The position numbers and the translations under genes are program-made. Below, piece after piece: positions 29,806 through 39,666 of a stretch of 64,000 nt of DNA (position 1 is the first letter of the stretch; every line of letters starts with the position of its first letter). The notes under the pieces were generated by a model, which worked only from the letters and a program-made list of their open reading frames with translations, did not search any database and had not been told where the DNA came from. The stretch lies in NCBI GenBank assembly GCA_000146465.1, contig CP001950.1. One strand, 5' to 3'.

Positions 29806-30444
29806 CTAGGGATTCGGAAACTCAAGCTTACTGTCTTCGGAGAGAAGATGGTATATATCTCTTATATCGGTGTCCTTCTCTGCATCTATCCATACAAACC
29901 CATTTAGCCCCAATGCAATTCTAAATCTGTATTTCTTTCCTATTGTGGCCAATGTGGTACTCAGATAGAGAAGACGTACCTTCCAAGGCTCTAATGGAAG
30001 CACAACCCCGCTTAGCTTTCCAAAGCCCTCACCCACACATGTGAGTAGTGGCTCCGTACCTGTTCTCGCAATCTTACATAAAAGATAGTCTCCCTTGTTT
30101 ATCTCCGGTTTGTTTCTTTTTGTGGCATTTGTAAAGCTGAGAGAAGGAAGTGCACCAACCACGCCTCCAAGATCTATCCTATGCATGTCCTGGGATGTGA
30201 GTATAGCCTTCCCTATCACAATGTCGTCGATGCATGGATGGTATCGATTGGTTTTCGATACCACAAACAGATGATTGGATGTTTTGCACAGTGTTCCTAC
30301 AATTGTCGCCTTGGTTCCATGGATTCCAAGAGATTTTGAGCCATTGGAAGGCACATCGTCTCCGGGAAGTACATTTTTTATCTTAGTCAGCATTTGCAGA
30401 GGAGAAAAATATCGAAGAATTATTGGGAAATCCCAAGGGCCCAT
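29806..30444 (-). CDS. Exosome cap subunit, Rrp40-like (S1 + KH domains)
   Basis: VLPGDDV N-terminal motif, S1-like core, KH-like YRFRIALGLNGFVWIDAEK. Alternative internal start at 30393 (MLTKIKNVLPGD). Confidence 0.5.
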   Translation of the reverse strand: MGPWDFPIILRYFSPLQMLTKIKNVLPGDDVPSNGSKSLGIHGTKATIVGTLCKTSNHLFVVSKTNRYHPCIDDIVIGKAILTSQDMHRIDLGGVVGALPSLSFTNATKRNKPEINKGDYLLCKIARTGTEPLLTCVGEGFGKLSGVVLPLEPWKVRLLYLSTTLATIGKKYRFRIALGLNGFVWIDAEKDTDIRDIYHLLSEDSKLEFPNP

Positions 30445-30445
30445 A

Positions 30446-30862
30446 ATGAATGTAAGGCCAAGGAAATCTGCATCAAAATACTCCTTTGAACCGAAGATTC
30501 CTCAGAACCAAGAGTTATTTGAGGTCGAAGAGTCTAAAGAAAAGAAGGAGTTTGTACTTGGAGACCAAGGAGAATATGCTCCAAAGTCTATGGACCAAGG
30601 GGTTGTAGAGTATCCGTTTATCCTTGGAAAGGAGGACGGAGTTGTCCTCACTCTCCCTTCCAATGCCCTAACATCGAAGATCATTGTATACGAAGATGGG
30701 AGCTGTGGACTAAAAATTGGAGATGAGATTCACCCGATTGCCACAAGATTCATTGGAGAGTCTCTTGCTATCGAGCACAAGGATATGGCATATAACATAG
30801 GAAGTGCTAAGTTTCAGCTGACTCCCCAAGTCCAAGACAGTTTAAAAGATAAAAGTCCATAG
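30446..30862 (+). CDS. Hypothetical protein, 138 aa
   Basis: The ATG at 30446 has CCC..CCC just upstream and lies 1 nt from the opposite-strand ATG at 30444; no family recognised. Confidence 0.3.
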   Translation: MNVRPRKSASKYSFEPKIPQNQELFEVEESKEKKEFVLGDQGEYAPKSMDQGVVEYPFILGKEDGVVLTLPSNALTSKIIVYEDGSCGLKIGDEIHPIATRFIGESLAIEHKDMAYNIGSAKFQLTPQVQDSLKDKSP

Positions 30863-30877
30863 AATAAAACATAGCGT

Positions 30878-31300
30878 TTAGTATCCAAATATGTTCTTGA
30901 TGATCAAGTCATAGCAAATCTTCCCGTCTCCATCGGGATTCAAAATGTTCAAAAGCTCTTCAATCTCTTCTTGACTAAACTTATTTTCTCCAGAAGAAAG
31001 AATCTGGACAAGCCTTCCTGCATCGATGTGCGAGGTATTTTCTGCATCCAGTCTTCGAAAGGACTTTTGCAGTTCCTCGCGTGTTATCTCTCTTTCCCGG
31101 ATTTTCTCGCAGATCTCTACAAGCTGGCTGAAGTCAAACATCTCTCCAGGAACTGAGGCCATGAGCTCTTCTGCATAACTTTCAGATATGATGTATCCTG
31201 CAAACCTCAAGATATCTCCCAACCTGTCGGTGGGAACTCTCTCAGTGGGCGACTCTGCAAATAGTTGGTAAACCTTTTGAAGGCGTTTTGTCTCCTCCAT
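30878..31300 (-). CDS. EF-hand protein (calmodulin / myosin light-chain-like)
   Basis: EF-hand loops including DGDGKICYDLI. The start was taken at the internal ATG (MEETKRLQKVYQLF) with CCCC/GGG upstream. Confidence 0.6.
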   Translation of the reverse strand: MEETKRLQKVYQLFAESPTERVPTDRLGDILRFAGYIISESYAEELMASVPGEMFDFSQLVEICEKIREREITREELQKSFRRLDAENTSHIDAGRLVQILSSGENKFSQEEIEELLNILNPDGDGKICYDLIIKNIFGY

Positions 31301-31489
31301 CCCGATGGGGTATATTCTTGGCCAAGACCAAATGGCTAGGAGGAGTAACTGTTTTTCAGGCATGGCGGGAGTCAAGAACCCCTAGCAAAGCAATCCTGTC
31401 TGCTTCCTTTACCAATGAAGATGACTTATCCAAAACCAAATTAATCGCCGGGGAAATTACCCAAACAAATCTTCCGAAGCGAAAATTAG

Positions 31490-32716
31490 ATGAAGAGATT
31501 AAGCATTGCAATGGTATCCGACTTCTTTTATCCGGTAATGGGGGGAGTGGAGACCCATATAAGGTATTTGAGCGAGGAGTTGATTTCAATGGGGCACAAG
31601 GTCATAGTCATTACACACAAAATAGGGGACCTTGTTGGATGCAGAGCTGTGGGAAACATAAAGGTTTATTTTCTCGATATTCCTGTTTTATGCAGAAACA
31701 CAACATTCCCAAGTCTTTACTCCAACCTTCCTCTGTTCAAGGAAGTCTTCGATAACGAAAAGATCGAGATAGTTCATGGTCACCAGACAATGTCGAACAT
31801 GTGTATTGAGGCTTTATTTCATGCAAGAACATTGAACCTCAAGACAGTGATCACAGACCACTCGATATTCGAGGTGGGTCCCTTTGAGAACATTGTTGTT
31901 AACTCCCTGTGCAGACTTGCACTGAAGAACATAGACAGATGCATCTGCGTATCCTACACATCCAAGGAAAACACTCATATCAGAACCATGATCCCCCTTG
32001 AAAAGATCCACGTTATCCCCAATGGAATAGTCTCGGACATCTTCTATCCTAGGGAAAAAAAGCAGTCCGATGAAAGAATTGTTGTGGTAGCATCTAGACT
32101 TATGTTTAGGAAGGGAATAGATCTGCTCATTGGAGCAATCCCACTAATCTGTAAGGGAGATCCAGAAGTGAGGATTATTATAGTGGGAGATGGGCCTATG
32201 AAAGAAGGAATCGAACAGGTTTTAGACGAAAACGAGCTTTACGACAGAGTGGAGATAATTTGTGAGGTAGATCACGGAGAGGTTGGAGATATAATGAGAA
32301 GGGGTGATGTCTTTCTCAATACATCCTTAACAGAGACCTTTTGCATAGCCATAGTTGAGGCAGCTTCGTGTGGCCTCCATGTTGTAAGTACCAACGTCGG
32401 TGGGATCCATGAAGTCTTACCTCCAGACATGATAACATTCAGCAAAATTACATCTGAAGACCTTGCCGAGAAAGTACTGATGGCTTTGAAAAAAAACAAT
32501 CATAATCCGCAGGATTATAACAAAAGACTTAGAAACATATATAGCTGGGAAAGAGTAGCAAAGATGACTGAAAAGGTGTATGTTGACATCAAAGAAACTT
32601 CTCTCAGCTACTTGGACAGGAGAAAGGAGTTTAAGGGCGCCACAGGCTTTATTTCGAGATTCATGATAACCATGGAGTATATATTCCTCTTTTTCCTTGG
32701 TGGAAAGAGCAGGTAA
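31490..32716 (+). CDS. PIG-A: PIG-A/Spt14, GPI-GlcNAc transferase catalytic subunit (GT4)
   Basis: MVSDFFYPVMGGVETHI, HGHQTMSNMCIEALFHARTLNLKTVITDHS, CVSYTSKENT, FLNTSLTETFCIAIVEAASCGLHVVSTNVGGI all match PIG-A. Confidence 0.9.
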   Translation: MKRLSIAMVSDFFYPVMGGVETHIRYLSEELISMGHKVIVITHKIGDLVGCRAVGNIKVYFLDIPVLCRNTTFPSLYSNLPLFKEVFDNEKIEIVHGHQTMSNMCIEALFHARTLNLKTVITDHSIFEVGPFENIVVNSLCRLALKNIDRCICVSYTSKENTHIRTMIPLEKIHVIPNGIVSDIFYPREKKQSDERIVVVASRLMFRKGIDLLIGAIPLICKGDPEVRIIIVGDGPMKEGIEQVLDENELYDRVEIICEVDHGEVGDIMRRGDVFLNTSLTETFCIAIVEAASCGLHVVSTNVGGIHEVLPPDMITFSKITSEDLAEKVLMALKKNNHNPQDYNKRLRNIYSWERVAKMTEKVYVDIKETSLSYLDRRKEFKGATGFISRFMITMEYIFLFFLGGKSR

Positions 32717-32749
32717 GACAGCGGTAGCATTATTTATCCATTGGACACT

Positions 32750-34027
32750 TTATTGAAAACTAAAATCTGCTGGAAGCTCCTTGATGGTGGTGTTATAGAA
32801 TCTTTCGATTGCCTTTAGGTTTTTTAGCTCATGTTCATAAACTATGTTTATAGCTATTCCTTTTCTTCCATATCTTCCAGACCTTCCTATCCTGTGGATG
32901 TAAGTGCTTTTCCTCTCGAACGACGGCACATCGAGACAGAACACTACAGAGAGATTCTGGATGTCAATTCCTCGCGAAAGCAACCCTGAAGAGATCAGAC
33001 ATCTTCCAGTTCCCCCACGGAATCTGTTCAAAGTTCTTTCCCTCTCAGCCTGTGTTAGTTCTGCAGATATGAGCTCACACTCCCACTCATGCTTGATCAG
33101 CCAGTCATACACTATTCTAGCATCCTCTTTACTGTTGATAAACACAATTGATTGACCCAAGCGTTGCTTGCGGAATATATCATATAGAGTTACAAGCTTT
33201 GGAAGTAGATAGTCTTCTCTTCCCTTTCGGAATGGTGGCTCCTTCTTCAAGTCGATGAAGTATTGCCTTATTCCTTTTAGTGTTTGATCGTTGTACCTTA
33301 GATCGATTATCACCGGATTAATAAGGATCTCCTCACTAACGCGAAGCTCCTCCTCATCGTATGTGGCCGAAAACATTGCTATTTGAACCTCATCCTTGTT
33401 TGTGATTCTTCTGAATATTGACTTCACCTGCTCCTGGAACCCTGCCTTCAGCATCTCGTCGGCCTCGTCAATCACAAATAATTTAATGTTGTCCATGTTC
33501 AGCTCGTTTATGTTGATCATGTGCTCAACTCTTCCAGGCGTTCCAACAACAATATGAGGCCTCTTCTCAAGTGCTATCTTATCTGCAGAAATAGGACTCC
33601 CTCCAGAAAGCAAGGCTACTCTTGCTCCCATAAAACATCCAAGATCCTCAAATCTTGCTGCATTCTGTGCTGCAATTTCCCTTGTTGATGCAAGTACGAG
33701 GATCTGCGTAACATCCTGGCTCATATCGCATATCTGAAGTGCTGCCACCGCAAATGCTCCTGTCTTTCCAGTTCCACTTTGTGCCTGTGCCCTTATATCT
33801 CTCCCGTCTATTATTGGCTGGATTGCTGCCTTCTGGATAAATGATGGCGTCTCAAACCCTATCCCATAAATCCCTTTCAAAAGGTCCTCCTTCAGCCCAT
33901 AATCTTCCCACGTATCAAACATCCGAATCTGGGACGAATCGCTTCTCAGATCCTCAAAATCCCTAACTTCCACATTGCTACTTTTCAAGTCTTCAAAATC
34001 TTCCTCTCGTTCCAGCGCCTGTTTCAT
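32750..34027 (-). CDS. DEAD-box helicase of the eIF4A family (eIF4A or eIF4A-III/Fal1)
   Basis: GIYGIGFETPSFIQKAAI, AQAQSGTGKTGAF, VIDEADEML, SAT, HRIGRSGRYGRKGIAINIV. The start was moved to the ATG with AAATTT+CCCC upstream. Confidence 0.8.
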   Translation of the reverse strand: MKQALEREEDFEDLKSSNVEVRDFEDLRSDSSQIRMFDTWEDYGLKEDLLKGIYGIGFETPSFIQKAAIQPIIDGRDIRAQAQSGTGKTGAFAVAALQICDMSQDVTQILVLASTREIAAQNAARFEDLGCFMGARVALLSGGSPISADKIALEKRPHIVVGTPGRVEHMININELNMDNIKLFVIDEADEMLKAGFQEQVKSIFRRITNKDEVQIAMFSATYDEEELRVSEEILINPVIIDLRYNDQTLKGIRQYFIDLKKEPPFRKGREDYLLPKLVTLYDIFRKQRLGQSIVFINSKEDARIVYDWLIKHEWECELISAELTQAERERTLNRFRGGTGRCLISSGLLSRGIDIQNLSVVFCLDVPSFERKSTYIHRIGRSGRYGRKGIAINIVYEHELKNLKAIERFYNTTIKELPADFSFQ

Positions 34028-34095
34028 AGGGGTAAATTTTTCTTCAAATAATTTCTTTTTCTTCAGCAATCTTCCTTGGGATTACTAAGATCTAT

Positions 34096-34305
34096 ATGCT
34101 TCCCCCACAAGAAAGCCCTTCCATGAGCTTGTCTCTCCATGAAAGAAAGGAAAGAATCCTCAAAAGACTGGAGTTTACCCTTGAAAACACACATTCCATC
34201 ATCTGTGACATAAATACCAGGCTAGAAAAAATAGTTGACAATTCAAAGGTCCTTGAGAGAGTTGTAGATGCCTATGAAATATGGTCCCGAAAAAACTCCT
34301 TCTGA
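34096..34305 (+). CDS. 69-aa coiled-coil miniprotein, possibly a DASH/Dam1 complex subunit (Dad1-like)
   Basis: Short helical protein ending ...VVDAYEIWS, reminiscent of the Dad1 C-terminus. Confidence 0.25.
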   Translation: MLPPQESPSMSLSLHERKERILKRLEFTLENTHSIICDINTRLEKIVDNSKVLERVVDAYEIWSRKNSF

Positions 34306-34401
34306 GATATGTCTAATTCATCCAAATAAAGCTTTTTTCCAAAATCTAAGCATCTAACCTGAAACATTCCTAGCTCAAAACCATGCCTGAGAGTCGTAAA
34401 C

Positions 34402-35565
34402 ATGGCCACAACACTGGCTTCTGGATATGTGACACTCCTCAAGACATCTATAGGTAGTGGCATTCTTTCCTTTCCTTACCTATTCAAGACTTACGGAATC
34501 CTCACAGGAATTGCCTTAACAATGGTCTCAGGCTTTTTCTCGGTACTGGGCCTCATCCTCTATGCAATTTGTAGCCAGGAACTAGGAAGAACTGCTACTC
34601 TCTCAAGGCTTGCCACAGAGAGTATGCCATATACAAGGATAATAGTCGACCTTTCTGTATTTCTCAAGTGCTTTGGAGTTGCACTTTCATATCTCATAAT
34701 CACAAGACAGCTTCTGCCAGTACTAATAGAAACAATCTTTGGGGCTTCAATTCTATCTGATCCAAACGTTTCTCTCCTAGCATTTATATCATGCATAGGG
34801 CCCTTTGCCTACTTCAATAGACTGGACAAGCTAAAGTACACATCTCTATGTGGGGTTATTGCAATAGTCGTAGTGGTGATTGCATCACTCTACAGGTACG
34901 AATACACCCCAGTCTCTGCAACGAATTCCATAGAGTATTTTGCCCCGCTTTCCTACGCCTGGGCCGGCGGGTTCGGAAAGTTTGTATTCTCTTTCACTTG
35001 CCACCAGAACATATTCGCAATCCATTCAGAAATGGAGGACAACTCCTTCCCCAGAATGAAGAGACTTATCTACATGGTTGCCTCCTCGGCTGCCATCATA
35101 TACATTTCCTTTGGAATCCTGAACTATCTTCTTTATGGAAAAGCTGTCAAAGATAATGTCCTAGAAAACTATCCAAACGACGTCTTGGCTTCTGTAGTTA
35201 GAGGTTTGTACATAGTGGTCATGGGTGTCTCCTACCCACTCCAGGTAAATCCTTGTAGAAGCCATCTCATAAACATCATTGCCTTTTCACAGAGATCAGA
35301 AAAGCTCCTGAGATTCGCCGTCACAACAGGCATCATCATATCAACATGTCTTCTTGCAGTTTCGGGGATGAGTCTTGGTATCATATACTCAGTAATCGGC
35401 GCAACCGCCTCCACATTTATGTGTCTAATATTCCCTGCTCTCTTCTACTTCAACATGAACATCACTAAACCAAAGGGACTTATTTTCCTATCCTATACGG
35501 CATTTCTGTTTGGAATCTTCGTTTTCAGCGCATCTCTCTTCAGCATCATACTTCGCAACATCTAG
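34402..35565 (+). CDS. Amino acid / auxin permease-family transporter (Avt-like)
   Basis: About 10-11 TM segments; the N-terminal LLKTSIGSGILSFPY motif is typical of Aa_trans proteins. Confidence 0.7.
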   Translation: MATTLASGYVTLLKTSIGSGILSFPYLFKTYGILTGIALTMVSGFFSVLGLILYAICSQELGRTATLSRLATESMPYTRIIVDLSVFLKCFGVALSYLIITRQLLPVLIETIFGASILSDPNVSLLAFISCIGPFAYFNRLDKLKYTSLCGVIAIVVVVIASLYRYEYTPVSATNSIEYFAPLSYAWAGGFGKFVFSFTCHQNIFAIHSEMEDNSFPRMKRLIYMVASSAAIIYISFGILNYLLYGKAVKDNVLENYPNDVLASVVRGLYIVVMGVSYPLQVNPCRSHLINIIAFSQRSEKLLRFAVTTGIIISTCLLAVSGMSLGIIYSVIGATASTFMCLIFPALFYFNMNITKPKGLIFLSYTAFLFGIFVFSASLFSIILRNI

Positions 35566-35612
35566 CCCACTACTCCTACAAAAATTTATGTTCTTTTGTT
35601 TTGTCCAGAAAC

Positions 35613-36314
35613 ATGAACTCGAAGGAAATAGAAAGATACTTCAGAAAGAAAAGACAGTATCTGAGTAAGGAGGAGTACAGGACAATAGTTGAGGTATTAA
35701 GGAGGCTGGAAAATGCCGAAAAAACCTCAAACAAGCACCTTGCAGAGGAGATGAAAAACAAAGGAAATGAAGAATACAATGCCGGAGATTTCCAATCGGC
35801 TATAGACTCATATACCCAAGCTATCATCTACGACCCGACTAACGCAGTCTATCTATCAAATAGAGCTGCTGCCTACTCAAAGCTCGGAATGGTAGAAAGT
35901 GCAATCGAAGACTGTGAAAGAGGACTGAAAATCGATTGCAAATTTGTAAAGCTATATATAAGGCTTGGAATGCTGCATCTCGACAGAGATAAGGAAAAGG
36001 CATGCCAGATCTTCAAAAGGGGGCTGGAGATCGATCCAGAAAACAAGACACTAAAAAGACAGCTTGCCCTCCTTCAGGAAAAAACTCCCGATCAGTCTTT
36101 GAAATCTTCCAAATCCCCCTCTCTGGACGACATGGTCAAGAACATAAACATGGAAGCCCTTAAAGACAGCAAGATCGATTTCAACTCTTTTTTCAACAAC
36201 AAGAACATTAAAGATGTCTTGGATACAGTCATCAAAGACAAATCTCCTAAGGATCTGATGGAAATGGTCAAAGATGTGATTGAGGCAATGGGAGGTCAGG
36301 ACTGCAAAAAATAA
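35613..36314 (+). CDS. SGT2: Small glutamine-rich TPR protein (Sgt2/SGTA-like co-chaperone)
   Basis: TPR block AEEMKNKGNEEY...NAVYLSNRAAAYSKLG...AIEDCERGLKID almost identical in pattern to SGTA. Confidence 0.7.
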   Translation: MNSKEIERYFRKKRQYLSKEEYRTIVEVLRRLENAEKTSNKHLAEEMKNKGNEEYNAGDFQSAIDSYTQAIIYDPTNAVYLSNRAAAYSKLGMVESAIEDCERGLKIDCKFVKLYIRLGMLHLDRDKEKACQIFKRGLEIDPENKTLKRQLALLQEKTPDQSLKSSKSPSLDDMVKNINMEALKDSKIDFNSFFNNKNIKDVLDTVIKDKSPKDLMEMVKDVIEAMGGQDCKK

Positions 36315-36701
36315 ATCTTTCTAATGGCATGAGTTTTCGAAGAAAGAATAGAAACATTAGACAAAAATGTAGTTCCAAAACTATGAGAAGCACAGAAGGG
36401 CCTTCAACTCTCGAGGAACCCTCATGTCCCATGTGTGTAACGAATGGATGGAATAACCACTATTCTGACTAAACATGGGAGGCAAAAGCCAGGGGTGATC
36501 GGATCTACTAAATTAAACAAAATATTCTAATTTAATGAGACTCTGCACACTCTCCCGGACCTTTGTTCACTTGCCTAGCTCTTCTAACCAAGTAAAATTA
36601 GAAGAAACATCAGTCAAGTCAATCCAGTCATGAATCCCAGTCTTCCATTGGTTCTATCGATATAGCATGTTTTCTTTAAAATCATCCTAATCCCTTAGAA
36701 C

Positions 36702-37526
36702 ATGAAGTATTGCTTTTGCAGATGTTTCGAAGAGTCAAAGAACTTGGTGAAGATAGGCCTTGTTGACAGGATATTCAGAAGAGATGCCGACGAAAAAACA
36801 AAAAGCATGTGTCATCTTCTTTGCCTAAAACTTACAAACAACGGAAACATAAAAAGAAATGGAAGATGGGGATTCCAACCAGTCCTAGGAATGACTGAGT
36901 TCTTCTCAGCCCTTTTTTCGTTCATGAACCTCATAACAAACATCTTCTGCTTCCATAGAATGCTGAAGAAACACCTTCGGGTGACAAGATTGGGTAAGCT
37001 ATACTACATCCAATACTACATATGCAACCTGGCATTCATCTCCAGTACCCTCTTTCACATTCATGAGACCCCCTTTACAAGAAATTGCGACTATTTCCTA
37101 GCATTTCTAACAATTCTCTTCGGTTTCTATATGGCGCTTGTTAGAGTCATCCTCATGGCAAGCCCTTCCATGGAAAGAGCCATAAGAAAGCCACTCCAGC
37201 TTATCTTCACTCTGTTCTATGCATACCATATTCACAGAATGTCCAATATAGAATTTGACTACGTATACAATAAGATATCCTGCACCATCATCATCGCATT
37301 CACCCTTTTGTCACATCTGATAACATTCCTCAAGTACCGAAGAATGGAACACTCCAAAAACATCCTTCTGTTCACATTTTTCTTCTTTCTTGCAGGAGCA
37401 ATAGAGATCCAGGATGTGCCTCCATATGCCTATCTCATCGACTCCCATGCCATTTGGCATTTGATCTCTTGCATCTCAACGCCGTTCTACCTTCTCTTCT
37501 GGAGTGGAGACGTCTATATGCATTGA
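36702..37526 (+). CDS. PER1: PER1/PGAP3-family GPI-anchor lipid-remodelling protein
   Basis: Multi-TM protein with WGFQPVLGMTEF, HIHETPFT and DSHAIWHL motifs corresponding to Per1 conserved His and Asp sites. Confidence 0.65.
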   Translation: MKYCFCRCFEESKNLVKIGLVDRIFRRDADEKTKSMCHLLCLKLTNNGNIKRNGRWGFQPVLGMTEFFSALFSFMNLITNIFCFHRMLKKHLRVTRLGKLYYIQYYICNLAFISSTLFHIHETPFTRNCDYFLAFLTILFGFYMALVRVILMASPSMERAIRKPLQLIFTLFYAYHIHRMSNIEFDYVYNKISCTIIIAFTLLSHLITFLKYRRMEHSKNILLFTFFFFLAGAIEIQDVPPYAYLIDSHAIWHLISCISTPFYLLFWSGDVYMH

Positions 37527-37711
37527 TCCTATACAATAAACCTCATTCTTATCCATAATAAATTGATTTCCCTTATTGTGTTTCCCCTTTCTCCTATTGA
37601 TCACAAAATAATATCCTATCAACTAATATATAATCTGTTTTGATTTCTGTTTAATTATCCTAATATGGAAAAGATGTTATATATAAAGTAAGACCCATTC
37701 TACCCTACCAA

Positions 37712-39379
37712 ATGGATTTCAATCAACTTAAAAGACTTACGGAGTATGCAAAGATAATTGAAGGTATCGGCGACAAAGAAGCCGTAAAACACCTAGAAAG
37801 TGCTATTGAGTCCTTTCTTAAAGAAGTTGAAAGCCTCTTGGATAAAGTTACTAATCTTGGAGGGAATTTGGAAAAAGCTGCAGAAGGAGCCGATAGTGAA
37901 GGGATTTGCCAAAATGCCTGCCAGAAATTGACTAATCTATCTGGTCTTCTTAAAAAAGCTAAGGAAAGTTGTTGTGGAAAGGGGCCTCACAAGTGTACTA
38001 CCTTATTCAAGAGTATTGATGATGTACTCAAGGAAGTCACCGAAGAAGGTCTTGATAACACACTTGGAGGACTCAAAGATTTCCTCGGAATCTTTAAGGG
38101 GGATGAAACATTAGGAGAGGATATTCGTGAAGAGGTAAAAGCAACTACAACAACTATTGAGAAGTTTTTGGAATCTAAATTTGATGATAAATTAACGGAA
38201 GAAACTCTTAGTTGCTTTAAGAAATGCTTTAGTGGAACAGTATGCGAAGAGCAATGCGCCTCCGATTTTTCAGAGGGTCTTCAGGGAAAAGTAGACCAGT
38301 TAAAAATATTGGTTGACGAATGCCCAAAAGAAGAAGTTAAGGGTCAACTCACTGAACTTTTTGAACAAGTTTGTGCTTTGTCTAATAACATTCAGGAGAT
38401 GGCCGCTGCACCTGAGAATGTTTTTAAACATTCTTGTGGACAACTTGCTAATTTTTCTCAAGTAAGTGAAGAATTCCGTTCGGAACTTAGAAAGGTGAAA
38501 GGAACCTTGAAGGATATAAGCGAAAAACTTATTGATTTAGAAAAGAAAAGTGAAGAAATTAGAAAACTTACAAGAAAGGGATTTTTTGAAAGACTTCAAG
38601 ATTTTTACCAAAGACTCAAGGAAAATATACTGTCGATAAACACTGGAAGTTTATATGGAAATCTATGCTTGGCATTCTTGGGAATTCTGGTCATACAGAT
38701 CATCATTTGGAGCTTTGGAAGGGAGGATGAAGAGACTGATTTCCAAAAAGCATGGAATACGACAGTATACTTCATAGCTGTAGTGGTAAGTATTATATAT
38801 CTCCAGTGGCTGGCGAATAAGGGATATAAAAGTAGCAGTGGCATTGGAGATACTCTAAAGAAAGAGTGGCCAACCATTTTGAGCACAATTCCGATGATGA
38901 TAGGAATTCTGAATTTTGGGCCAATAAAGAGCAGCATTTATGCTTTGACAATGGCTGCTACTGCTGTCGTGATGCTTTATGCACAGAATCTTGTGAGAAC
39001 AAACAATATGTCTAAAAAGGGGATGCTCTTAGTTGGGGTCGGGAACTTGATTATAATTTTGGCATACTTCACTGGGCCTGAGTCGTCTTTTATGCCTACT
39101 ATTAGTGGTCCTAACTACCGTGCGTATACTGCACTTATCATATTCGTCATTCTTCTCCTTATCATATCATACCTGGAACGAAACCTCCCAAAGGAGGAGG
39201 TATTGAAAGAAGGAACACCGGGAACGAAGGGACTTGCCTATTGGATTAGTTACGCATTGTTCGCATTAACGCTGATCACGGTTACTTGGGTGTCTTACAT
39301 GGCAGGAAGTGACTACCATCAACTTTATGGTTCCAACAATAGCACTAAGCCTTTAAACGACGATTTCTTTAATTCATGA
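37712..39379 (+). CDS. Hypothetical 7-TM membrane protein with a ~300-aa helical, Cys-containing N-terminal domain
   Basis: Seven hydrophobic segments in the C-terminal 250 aa. The N-terminal domain has paired cysteines (ICQNAC, CCGKGPHKC, CFKKCFSGTVCEEQC, DECP); no family recognised. Confidence 0.45.
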   Translation: MDFNQLKRLTEYAKIIEGIGDKEAVKHLESAIESFLKEVESLLDKVTNLGGNLEKAAEGADSEGICQNACQKLTNLSGLLKKAKESCCGKGPHKCTTLFKSIDDVLKEVTEEGLDNTLGGLKDFLGIFKGDETLGEDIREEVKATTTTIEKFLESKFDDKLTEETLSCFKKCFSGTVCEEQCASDFSEGLQGKVDQLKILVDECPKEEVKGQLTELFEQVCALSNNIQEMAAAPENVFKHSCGQLANFSQVSEEFRSELRKVKGTLKDISEKLIDLEKKSEEIRKLTRKGFFERLQDFYQRLKENILSINTGSLYGNLCLAFLGILVIQIIIWSFGREDEETDFQKAWNTTVYFIAVVVSIIYLQWLANKGYKSSSGIGDTLKKEWPTILSTIPMMIGILNFGPIKSSIYALTMAATAVVMLYAQNLVRTNNMSKKGMLLVGVGNLIIILAYFTGPESSFMPTISGPNYRAYTALIIFVILLLIISYLERNLPKEEVLKEGTPGTKGLAYWISYALFALTLITVTWVSYMAGSDYHQLYGSNNSTKPLNDDFFNS

Positions 39380-39413
39380 TTAACAATAAACTTTATTCAT
39401 GATTAACAATAAT
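39374..39413. repeat. Short tandem direct repeat (ttcatgattaacaataa, 2 copies) spanning the stop codon of the preceding gene
   Basis: Seen directly in the sequence. Confidence 0.5.
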
Positions 39414-39666
39414 AAAAAATCTTTTTGTTTAGAATAAGACCTTACTTCTCCTTCTCAAGAAAGTGATCAAAGTAATTAAAATACAATTCTTTTATGAGTT
39501 GAAAGCGTATAGAATAGACAAAACTTCTTTCAAGTGGAATTCTCTTCCAGGCTCTATATTTAATAATATGAGCACATTGGATGGAATGTTTGGAGTCCTT
39601 TCATATCTTGTGCCTGTTCTCTATATAAGGTAATCCTTATATTAGAAATCAAAACAAACCCCAAGG

